Shown piece after piece: positions 53,900 to 64,000 of a stretch of 64,000 bases of DNA. The DNA comes from Psammoneis japonica (taxonomy: Eukaryota). The notes below the pieces were generated by a model. That model saw only the letters and a list, made by a program, of their open reading frames with translations. It searched no databases and was not told the origin of the DNA. The stretch's first letter is position 1. The number at the start of each line of letters is the position of its first letter. Location: positions 248,001 to 312,000 of the forward strand of contig QPGO01000045.1 in NCBI GenBank assembly GCA_008632985.1, given 5' to 3'. A program made the translations under genes and the position numbers.

Positions 53900-55480
53900 G
53901 ATTGTCCCTTTGAAAGCCCTTTGCATTGTTCAGAGATGTGATTGTCAGAGAAACCTCTGGTGGAAAAGTGTGAGTCAACAGAAAAAGTCACTTCTGCCAA
54001 TGTTTTTGCACTCACAACTTCTGAGCACATTCTTGCTTCATGTCCCAAAAAATGACCTCAAAGGGGCAAGCACAATTTGGGTGGCTTGCTTGACTGCAGT
54101 TGTGGTGGAAAAGCCAAATCTAGGCAGGAGGCCAAGAAGCCTGGTGGCAAAGTGTCAGCCAGGAGAAACAAAGTCACTTCCATCACATTGTTTGCACTCT
54201 CAGCATCTGAGTGCACTCTCCATGTCCCAAGAAACAAGCTCAAAGGGTTGAGCACAGACTGGGTGGTTTGTTTGGCTGGGCTGCAGAGCTGTGGTGGCAG
54301 AACAGCCTCTGGTGGGTGGGCAGATGTGCGGCTGGAGGCAAAGTGTCAAACCACAGAAAAAGTCACTTCTGCAAACATGTTTGCAGTCTTGGCTTCTGAG
54401 CACACTCCTTGTGTCCCAAGAAACATGCACAGAGGGTTGGGCACAGCTTGGGTGGCTTGCTCAGCTGCAACTGTGGCAGCAGTGTGAAATCTGGGCAGCA
54501 GGCAGAAAAGCAGCATGTGGTGGTGGGAAAGTGTCAGTTGGCAGAAACAGTCACTTCTGCCAACTTGTTTGCATTCTCATCTTTTGAGCACACTTTTCCT
54601 GTCCAGAAGCATCTTGTCAAATGGTTGAGCACAGTTTGGGTGGCTTGATTGGCTGCAGTTGTGGGGTCAGACCAGCCTCTGGGTGGGAGAAACTCCTTGA
54701 GGAAAAGTGTCAAACACAGAAAAGTCACTTTTGTGCCAATGCATTTGCAGTCAAGGATTCTGAGCACACTTTCCCTGCACCAAGAAACAACCTCAATGGG
54801 CCCAGCACAGTTTGTGGGGCTTGCTTGACTGCAGTTGTGATGGCAGAGCAAAGTGTCAGCAGCAGCCAGAGAGATGTCTGATGTCGAAGTGTCAGCAGGC
54901 AAAAAAATTGCTTTTGCCAAATTTTCTGCACTCTCAGCCACTGAGCACACTCTTCATGTCCCAAGAAACAACATCAAATGGTTGAGCACAGTTTTGGCAG
55001 CTTTCTTGACTGCAGCTGGCTTTGGTGGCAGAGCAGCCTCTGGGCTGACAGAAATGCCTGCATGCAAAAAGTGTCAAGCAAGCCACAGAAAGCAAAAGAG
55101 TCACTTCTGCTCTGAGCACACTCCTTGTGTCCCAAGAAACATGCTTGGGGGTTGGGCACAGCTTGGGCAGCTTGCTCAGCTGCAACTGTGGTGTCAGTGT
55201 GAATTCTGGGCAGCAGGCAAAAAGCACTGTGTGGTGCGAAAGTGTCAGTTGGCAAAAAAATTCACTTCTGCCAAATCATGTGCACTCCCATCCACTTGGC
55301 GCACTTTTCTTGTCCCAGAGCATCTCAACACATGGTTGAGCACAGTTTGGGTGGCTTGTTTGGCTGCAGTTGTGGTGGCAGAGCAGCCTCTGGGCAGGCA
55401 GAAACACACTTGGAGGCAAAGTGTCAAACCACAAATGATGAAGTCACTTCTGCCAGTGTGTTTGCAGTCTTGGACCTTAG
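53900..55480. repeat. Diverged tandem array, about 185-bp unit, about 9 copies
   Basis: The anchor aaagtcacttc recurs near 53984, 54171, 54359, 54548, 54721, (54906), 55097, 55259 and 55441, each followed by tgagcaca..tgtcccaagaaac..gcacagtttgggtggcttg..ctgcagttgtgg. Confidence 0.88.
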
Positions 55481-55499
55481 ACTCTGATCACACCATTTG

Positions 55500-57100
55500 C
55501 CCAAGGACACCCAAGCTGAGCTGGGCAGCCATCACAAGTGCAAGGATTGAGTTGCATTGCAACCCAACCAACAGGAACAAGGGGCTCCAATGTAAAATGG
55601 CACATGGTCCCACCAATGCTCCAATGCCGCTGATGCAGTTGGGCCAATCTTCACAACTGGACTTCAACCAAAGAACTGGGAACATCGTTTTGGTCTTGCA
55701 GATGACACACCCCCCTGGCTCAGCTTTTGAAGGGATTCCCTCACAGCACATTTCCTGTCACCAACTGCACTTTTGGCACTTGCTTCTCTGGCTGTCATTT
55801 CCAAACATTCCCGTGAGTGACTGTGCTTCACCACACATTTGTTGTCATCTGTGACCAAAGCATCAGCTCCAACATTCCTGTCTTCATCATTGGCTCCCGC
55901 AACAGTTGCAGAGACTGCATTTCTTGATGCATGAGAACAATTCAATGTGGGGTCCAACTCCATCAACCTCTCCTTTGCTGTGTCCAGGTGCTCCAAAGCA
56001 CGGTCAAAGACAATGTTTTTGCATCATGGGCAAACACAAACAACAACCACAGTGCCAAAGTGTGTTGATGTTGTTTGGCACACCCGCGTGTGCACCCCCC
56101 AAATCACAAGCCACGCCTGCTGCAGTCCATGTCACAGTTTTTCAACCATGCAACAAACTCTTTCCCAAGTGAGCGTGGGTTGTGATTGCAGCATCTTGCT
56201 CAGAAGAAGCAGAGAAATGTGCACGGCAATTTTCTCAGCCTCATTGTCAATCATCACATTGCAAACTCTGCCTTCAATGGACGTTGTTCAGTTGTGCCAC
56301 AATGATCTCCCTGAATCTGGTTGTTGAACTTGGATTGAAGATGCTTGGAGCAGCAAGAAGCAGATGGCATGAAGATGCTGTTGGGCATTGACTCAAATGT
56401 CTTGTGTGATGCATTTCGATGCGATGATTTTTCCCAAGAATGGCCACATGAGGAGGATGGCAGTGCAGCTTTTTCAAAGTTGGAATGTGGTGTTTTATCA
56501 CAAAGACCCCAGTTGTTTGTGGAACCTTGTCAACAAGGTCTTTTGTTTGACCTTTGTGCCCTTGTTCCCATCTGGATTTGCCCCACAAACAAAACATGCT
56601 TCAACGAACATGCCGTGCTTTGAACACAACATTTTGCAGTTTTTTTGGACATTGCTTGGGAATCAAAAAGCAAAACATGGTGTCACCAACAAGGGTCTTG
56701 CCGTTGGCATCATGGGCATGTTCAAATCCGCCAGAGCCCACAGGCTTGACATGTTGTTGTGGAGCTCATGCACAGTCATGTTGCACAACCATTTGCTCAC
56801 TCATTTTTGCCTCATTTTTCATCTTTGGTGAGAACCATGCATCTCTTAATTTGGGAAACTGCGCCATGCCAGGACAATTTAAATCAAGGCACAGGCGCTT
56901 GTTGCTCCTGAGTGGCGGCACAGGACAAGATGCCATCTCTTGTTTTGACCATTGCAGGATGAAGTGCTGGTGTTGGGGGATCTTTGTGGGCTTCATTGAG
57001 GGTGTGAGGATCAAAAGTGAAGAGTTCTGTGGAGGGTTTCAGGTTGACAGGAGTTTGGCCAGTGGGAGCAACAGAGGGAGTGACAGTGAAAGTGCACATG
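55500..57100 (-). mobile_element. Relic of a DDD-type (possibly Sola-like) transposase
   Basis: Minus-strand fragments IPTLKKLHCHPPHVAILGKNH, KHLQSKFNNQIQGDHCG and FGAPGHSKGEVDGVG (HGK..DG motif, about 55954-55998). The superfamily assignment is tentative. Confidence 0.5.
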
Positions 57101-57324
57101 GGAATAGCTCATTACCCATTCGCTGCCGTCCACCGATACATGTGCATCTATTAGGGCCCTATCGCCTCCAACGATCGCAGCAGCGCGATAGATCGCGAGG
57201 ACCGCAAGCATCATTCAATCGAAATCGCTCTGTTATTTGACGATGTTGTAGAGCTGAAAGCAACAACTACAACGACTCGTCTACGAACCTCTCCCGTATA
57301 ATCACAGCCAAGCTGTATTGAATC

Positions 57325-59554
57325 ATGGGTAACCGCGTCAAGGGCAAAGTGAAGAAGAAGTCCATCAAGGCCGCCGCCCACTCGGGCATGGGCAGCAAGC
57401 GCAAGCTTTCTCGCATGGGAAAGAAGCGACAAAAGGACAAGTCCGGACTGGACGCCACCTTTATTGGAAGATCGGCATGTCTTAAAAAGTTGCAGTTGTC
57501 GTTAAAGGATTTCCGTCGCTTATGCATCCTCAAGGGTGTGTACCCCCGAGAACCTCGCGGCCGTGCTCCGGGAAACAAAAAGGGGCAAGTCTACTACCAC
57601 ATCAAGGACGTTCGTGCGATTGCGCATGAACCGATTCTCGAGAAGTTTCGGGAGTTTAGGGCCTTTATGAAAAAGGTAAGCTTCATACACGGTCTATTGT
57701 CATGGTTGAGGAGTTGCTGACGTATGCTCAACTCATTTTTGTTGTACGAGTAGGTTCGAAAAGCTGCTGGTCGGAATGAAAAGGATGAGGCGGCTCGTCG
57801 TCACGCCCTCGCTCCAACGTATGACCTTCACCACTTGGTACGCGAACGTTACCCGCGTTTTATGGATGCTCTAGAAGACCTGGATGATGCTTTGACGCTA
57901 GTATACTTATTTGCAAGCCTACCCAGTCAAGGCCGGATCAAAACGCGGATCACAAACAAGGCAAAAGCACTAGCAGCCGCATGGGGAGCCTACTGTTGCA
58001 GCACTTGCAGTGTCACTAAGTCCTTTATATCGGTAAAGGGCGTGTACCTGGAAGCTTCCATTGTCGGCGGAAATGCCAGTCAACCCACTTGTGTTCGTTG
58101 GGTTATTCCTCATGCGTTTACACAAAACATGCCGTCCAATGTTGATTATCGCGTCATGTTGACCTTTTTCGAGTTTTACGAAACACTCTTGAGTTTTGTT
58201 CTCTTTAAGCTCTACAATGATATTGGAGTACGATACCCTCTGGCACCAGAGTCAACGTCTGCTCCGGGAAGTACAAGTTCTGTCTTGGCCTTGCATCTCA
58301 AGTCTCTCACGAATGCGCTAGACTCGGCGCGAACCGGTGGAGCGGTTAGCAAGGTTGTGAGCGAATCCATTCAGCAGCAGCAAAACGAGACCAAGCCATA
58401 TAACAAGCAACAAACGAGAAAGAACAAGGAGCTTATTCAAACGGTGGATGTTGCTCTCAACAAGCTTGCAAATGAGGACGATAGTCAAGATGAATCAGAA
58501 GACGAAGACAATGATGAAGAAATTGGAGCACCGCTCAAGGCTGCTCTAGAGAGTATTGCCGAAGCAAACGAAAGTAACGTAGGCGGAAAAGCCTCTATCA
58601 TCCTCGATGAAGATGCCAAGAAGCGACGGAACTTGTTTGCAGGCCTCGTCTTCTTTTTGTCGAGGGAAGTGCCTCGGGGATATCTAGAGCTGGTTTGTCT
58701 GTCGTTTGGTGGACGAGTTGGCTGGGAGGGCCCAGAGAGTCCTCTAGATGCCTCTGATCCGGCCATTACACATCACATTGTGGATCGTCCCAAGCTACCG
58801 TCAAGCTATGACAAGCTGCCCGCTTCTCGGGAATACGTTCAACCCCAATGGATTGTGGATTGTGCCAACTTTATGTTTTTGTTGCCCATTGCCAAGTATG
58901 GAGTCGCTGCCAAGTTGCCTCCACATTTGTCACCATGGGTAGATGATGAAGAGGAAGGATACAAGCCAGCGTATGCAGAAGAAGTAGACCGCCTTAAGAA
59001 TGGAGAAGTAGTTGGATCCAGTGCATCTTCGGCAGATGAAGAGGACGCTTCCGTGGACGACAATTCTGTAAAACGAGAGAGCGAGAACGAGAACGAGCAA
59101 GAAAGTGACGATGCTGCCGAAGAAATGGAGGAGGAAGAAGACGAGAAGGTTGTAAAGAAGCGTAGAAAGAAGAAGCAAAAGAAGGAGGCAAGTATACCTA
59201 CGAACAACCTTTGCGTGACGTCTTTCTCCTATTTGGCGGTAGGTCTTACTTTGCCTTTTGTATCGAATGTTGTAGGACGATGAGGCTCATGCGTTGGCCA
59301 AGGTAATGATGAGCAAAAAGGCTTCAAGACTCTATGGCAGAATGCAACATGGAATCGAACAGAAACAAGCCAAAGTGGAGGTGTTGCACAAGCGCAGACA
59401 GGAATTGGAATCGTCTAAGAAAAAGAGTCAGGATGGTAAGACTGTCAACAAGCAAAAGGCGGAAAGGCTCAAGAAGGAACGCAAGGCGATAGAAGATGAA
59501 TATGCCAACACCGGTGGCTCGATGAAAAAGAAACGAAGAACGTCAAAGAACTAA
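57325..59554 (+). CDS. PES1: Pescadillo / Nop7; exons 57325-57675, 57754-59187, 59276-59554
   Basis: KKLQLSLKDFRRLCILKGVYPREP, ERYPRFMDALEDLDDALT, VDYRVMLTFFEFY, BRCT region (FFLSREVP, ITHHIVDRP, YVQPQWIVD), LPPHLSPWV, MMSKKASRLY. Confidence 0.96.
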
Positions 59555-60199
59555 CACGTACGCCAAACTGTCTGGAAGATTTGATGGTTGTTCTAGAGTA
59601 GTCTCCACACTGCTTGTCGACATACTAAGTATAGTTAGTTTGTGTTAACCTGGTGAATTACGATGCGGTGGAAAATCGCTACCGGTAGCAACGGGGCCGC
59701 CGCAAGCGTTTAGCCCCCCCAACACCGACATCAGCATGTGCCACTTGACGAAGTCGAGAAACTTGTTTCTGTGTTCTCGAATAAATTGGGTTCGCCTAAA
59801 CTATAGAGGCATGTGACTGGCTGTGTAAGTTTGCTGCAATCCACTAGACCAGGATAGATCAATAACCTTGCTCACAACAACAAAAGTTCCTAGGGTTTCT
59901 TTTGTGTCTTGGAGGAAACATCAAATGAGTAGAGGCACGTCTTGGGGTGCCGGCACACCGTGAGGTGCGCTTCAGTTTGTGTGACTCGCTGACACCTCGT
60001 TACCGCAAATTATGGACTGACAACAGCCCTAGATTGATGAGGTGCAAGTCGTTCTCATCCTTCTCTGTAGATCCGTAGGCCACCAGAAACAAAAATTAAG
60101 AGACAGAGACCGAGAATTGAAGTTGTTTTTGTTTGTTTGTCATGCCGGTGCTGTAAATGCATGATGCATCAACACCAGATGTCAACATGCCTTTCTTTG

Positions 60200-63100
60200 G
60201 CACACAGCCTTAAGAGTTGTCCGCACAACATTCCAGCCTCCTCGCTCACATTCCAGTCGCATGCTCTCCATGACACTAAGATTTGCCCCATCCCACTGCC
60301 GAGAAGTTGTGGTGTGGCTTCCACAATTCAGGTGGGGTCCAGAGGCGCCACTCCATTTTGCCCCGCATGCCGCAAAAACCACCGAGTGGGTCTTCATGGC
60401 TGCCAAACCAATCATTGCGCCAGGAGCGTCATTTCGCACAACACGTGCTGTCATGTCATGACAGCCCAACAAATTTGCCACGATTGCAAAGCACGACGCC
60501 AGAGTGGTGAAGACATCCCACAATGCACGGTCACATGGGACACAACCCAACTTCCATTGGATTGCTGCCTTGTGGACACGGAGACGAGTTTCCCATGTTC
60601 CTGACTCACAAGGCTGCAGTTGACAAAGAAACAGTGCTGGACCTGATGCGTCCAATTCATGATGAAGGCATGCGGCCCGTAGCACTGTCCAACCTGCTCC
60701 TTGAGTTGCATTCTAAAAAACACTTCTGCGAGCACATCAAAAGGGAAAACAGGTGCAGACGTGACAGGCGGTCAAACCCCGCGACACAAAGAGAAATGTG
60801 CTCTTCATTTGCCGGCAAATCTGGCTGTGATGGTCTTTTCCCTGCAGGAAAGCATCTGGAGCATGTTCACAAGGAACACCACAAAACCGTTCGCCCCCAC
60901 CTTGACAAGGAAGCAAAAAAGTGGGGAGCCCATCGCCTGCACATTGATGCATCGTACAAAGAAGCAAAGCATCTTTGTCAGTGTCATGGCAACCTGATTT
61001 TTAAAGTGCTGGTCACTTGCACAAATGAATTCGGAGAAATCAGAGTGCAGCATCACGTTGTTTCTGACAGCCATGCCCAGATGAGGAATGCCATGGCAGG
61101 GTTTCTCAATGCCGTCAAAGCACGCAGGCAGGATCCCATCGAGGTGGTGTTTGCGGACAAACCCGGCACAGACAAAGCTTTCCTGCTTGAGACTGTTCCA
61201 TCCTTGAGGCAGTTTGAAGACCTGCACAACAAGAACATTGGTGCTGCACAACAGGATTCAACCAGCAACACTGATTTTCCAACGTGCATTGCGGACTTGC
61301 GGGACATCTGAGTCGTGCACAGCGACTCGGAGACAAATGCCATGGTGGGTGCACTTCGAGATGCAACAAAGGAGAAACCAGAGAGTGAGAGGGCAATCGG
61401 AATGGATTGTGAATGGCCAGCAGCAAAGAACTCACGAGGAATGGCGGTGTCAAGCGGAAAGACTGGCGCGACTGAGCTTGCGCATTGCACTGATGATGGC
61501 TCAACCAAATGCCTCACAATCTCATGGGGAGAAAGAGACTGCATCCTGCCTCGTCTTGGAGCTTTCCTGAGCGACCCGGAGATTCTGTTTGCAGGCGTTG
61601 GAGCCACTGGCGACTTCAAGAAAATGGGCCGCGATTTTGGCTGCAACGAATTGACAAAAGAGACGGCAAATGTTCAGAATCTTGGGACATGTGCACGAAA
61701 GCGAGACGTTGTGCAGAACGGAACTGCCAGTCTAGATGCACTCGTGAGACTTGCCCTTTGCGAAACCTTGGAGAAGCCAGCCAATGTGCGACTCTCCAAC
61801 TGGTCAGTCCATCCATTGTCGCCGGAGCAGAATCAATGTGCAGCCGTCGACGCCATCAAGTCGTTGGAGGTTTGCCTGAAGCTGCAGGAAATGCCGGATC
61901 TCACAACAAGGTTGCTCCAAGAGGATGCAGTGGCAAATGCTGCAGCAGATGTTGTTCCCAGTCGGCCTGTTCCAGCTCCAGGTGATCCGCTTTTAATCAC
62001 GCGAAAGGCCGATTTTCTGCGCAGTTTGGCGCAATTGGCTCCTTCAATGTTGATCGTTTTGAAAATCGAAAGGCAAGTGTGCACCCGAAAACACATGTGA
62101 AGTGTGCACTTGCCCTTGGATTTGGCAAAAAAGGATTTTGAAAAAGTCAATTGCGCTAAATGCACAAATTGCCAAATGATGGGAATCGAACCCTCGCGGA
62201 GCACCTGGAGCTGGAACAGGCCAGTCTCGGAAGCGTGTCTTCCACAGCAACAAGAGCTCGATGGGGAACAACAGTTGATGAGTCAACAGCCGTTAGTCCT
62301 GCAAATTGCACGCCAGCTCAGATGACACTTCATTGTGCAACACGCACCTCAAGAGCAGTGCGAGTCAACAAAGTTGCTGCACCTCATCTCACAGTTCCTG
62401 GGTTGAAGACAAGTGCGGGTGACAAAGTGTGCCTTGGAGACTTTCGGCGAGGCTCCTTTTTCCATTGTGCTGCCGCTTTCCATGCTGAAACAACACGTCA
62501 AATCCGACGAGATCAGAGACGTCCCTGGCGCCAATCACGATCTGCCTGACAACAGCAACACACAAGGGCTGCGCCGGCACCTGCACCCGCACCACCAGCC
62601 AATCTGGAACAAGAAGATGATGAAGCAACTGACAGTGAGGAGTTCGAGTCAACCAATGAAGATGATGATGAAGATGTCAACTGCTTGTCCGAAACACTTG
62701 CCACAGCTGACATTGAGTGTGTGAGGCAATGTGAAGCTTCAGCCAGAGGTGCCTGGGCCGGTCAAGCATCCCTGTCACATCCTCACCTTGACGACCCACC
62801 TGAGACCGAAGAAATGCAAGACTTGTTCTCAGCCGTGAATGGAGACGGTTTTCACAGCATTGACAGGCCAAGAATGCCAGTCTGGCACATGCCAAAAAAA
62901 GCTTTAAAAGTGGTGCTTCGTGAGGCCGAACATGCGCGGAACCCACAGAAGCTGCAAGAAGCAAAGCAGGCGATGATTGAAGATGGATTCACCGAGAACG
63001 ACATTGAACTGGAAATGTGCCATCGAGTGAAATTCTTCCGAGACTGTGTCGACCATTGGAAGCTGCCACTGAGACAGTTGTGTTGGCAAGTCCGTGCTGC

Positions 63101-63612
63101 ACATGCGCTGTTGGGCGACAAAAAAGACGGTGAGACAGGACAGCCACTTTTCAACAAGAGGGCATGGAAGAAGGCAAACAGTGTTCTGAAAGCCACACTT
63201 GCCGGGTGCATGCCCGATCCTCCTGGAGTGCAGTCTCACACGCTGCGCCTCAACAGTTCAGGAGAACCATTGAAGAACAAGCACAGGTTTGGTCTGCTGA
63301 ACTGCAGCTGGGGAACAAGTGATGCAGAGTCCATGCACAAACAAATCGTCGCAACTTTCGGGACATGGTGCACCAGTGTTGAAATGTTGGATTTCAATCA
63401 TCGATGCTCAGAATGTTGGTGCCAGGGCTTTCCGAGGATTGGTCATTGTTTTGACACTTGGCTGACAGATCGGCTGCAACTCCTTGTTGAAGACAACCAT
63501 GGCACACCATTGCATCCCGAATGGACCAATTCAAGTGACTGCAAAAGCACGCCAGAGAGCTTTGACACAACTCCATTGCACAGTCAGGAACTGGCAAACG
63601 CTGTTGAAGGCA
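60200..63612 (+). mobile_element. Relic of a large transposase-like gene (DUF6729-like region) carrying a WRN/DnaQ-type 3'-5' exonuclease domain
   Basis: CPAC...CHDC zinc-finger-like segment, GDEFPMFLTHKAAVDK, IDASYKEAKHL, TNEFGEIRVQ, Exo I AIGMDCEW, Exo II GVGATGDFKKM, Exo III RLSNWS..LSPEQNQCAAVDA, then GDGFH, GQPLFNKRAWKKA and WGTSDAESMH. Stops and frameshifts are present. Confidence 0.65.
61964..62222. mobile_element. 259-bp MITE with 21-bp TIRs and 4-bp TSD (AGTC)
   Basis: ggcctgttccagctccaggtg (61964-61984) and its exact reverse complement (62202-62222); agtc at 61960-61963 and 62223-62226. Excision restores the host frame VVPS-LGSVSS. Confidence 0.9.
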
Positions 63613-64000
63613 GACATGCTCCAGCTCCAGGTGGGACCTCGTGCCACTGCACTGTGACATCAACAGTTTTTTGGATCACGTCGCATGTCGCGCACGTGCA
63701 TTTCTGCATGTCAAATTCTACGAAATTGTTTCACACTCCCTGTTTTGCAAAGCCAAAGGCTTTCTATTTTCATCATTTGTGAGAATGAAAATGCACTGGG
63801 TGTGTTCTTCAATGTCTGAAGAACACACCCGGGCAAACTGTCAATGATGTGCTGCAAGCATGAAGGAGGAGATGCATCCGCAAAGTTGCCTCTTTTTCTG
63901 TTGATGATCATTTGCACTCTCATTGCAGCACAAATTTGCTGCGGAGCTCGCACGCAGAATCGAACTCTGGAACAAGAGTGACAAGTTAAAGCCGGGTGAG
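63613..64000. mobile_element. Probable left end of a second element of the same TIR family
   Basis: gacatgctccagctccaggtg resembles the MITE TIR, and the host protein-like sequence appears to stop here. The other end is not seen in the window. Confidence 0.5.

Noticed and set aside
53900..55480. CRISPR array
   Set aside because: Whole units are homologous with no unique spacers, there are no cas genes, and the context is eukaryotic.
60100..64000. Alternative genetic code or RNA-editing-restored cryptogenes
   Set aside because: Neighbouring genes use the standard code with Tyr, TAA and TAG. The relics also have frameshifts, stops and a MITE insertion that substitution editing would not fix.
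63930..64000. tRNA suggested by minus-strand gttcgattc
   Set aside because: The T-stem pairing is imperfect and no cloverleaf could be built.

Overview
Eukaryotic genomic DNA, most likely from a diatom (inferred from short GT-AG introns, a bipartite-type leader and the gene set). It alternates between ordinary gene blocks and sharply bounded degenerate blocks. The gene blocks hold a myosin-ankyrin-kinase, a selenoprotein thioredoxin/glutathione reductase, a TrmK-like methyltransferase, kinesin-14, a NAPE-PLD-like hydrolase, pescadillo, and indel-type pseudogenes of RPN2, ODC-like, biuret hydrolase-like and RecA genes. Five degenerate blocks (about 1-1900, 10500-20230, 32550-39400, 52100-57100, 60100-64000) are almost free of TpA and rich in TpG/CpA. 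They contain relics of transposons (Ty3/Gypsy, CRE-like non-LTR, DDD-type transposase, transposase-exonuclease, a MITE) and of host genes (cGMP/cAMP kinase, DUF1501), in which conserved Tyr codons have become Cys or His. The main finding is this apparent domain-restricted TpA->TpG/CpA hypermutation (A:T->G:C on both strands). It runs opposite to fungal RIP and appears partly uncoupled from CpG decay. All dinucleotide statements are by-eye reading, not computed counts.
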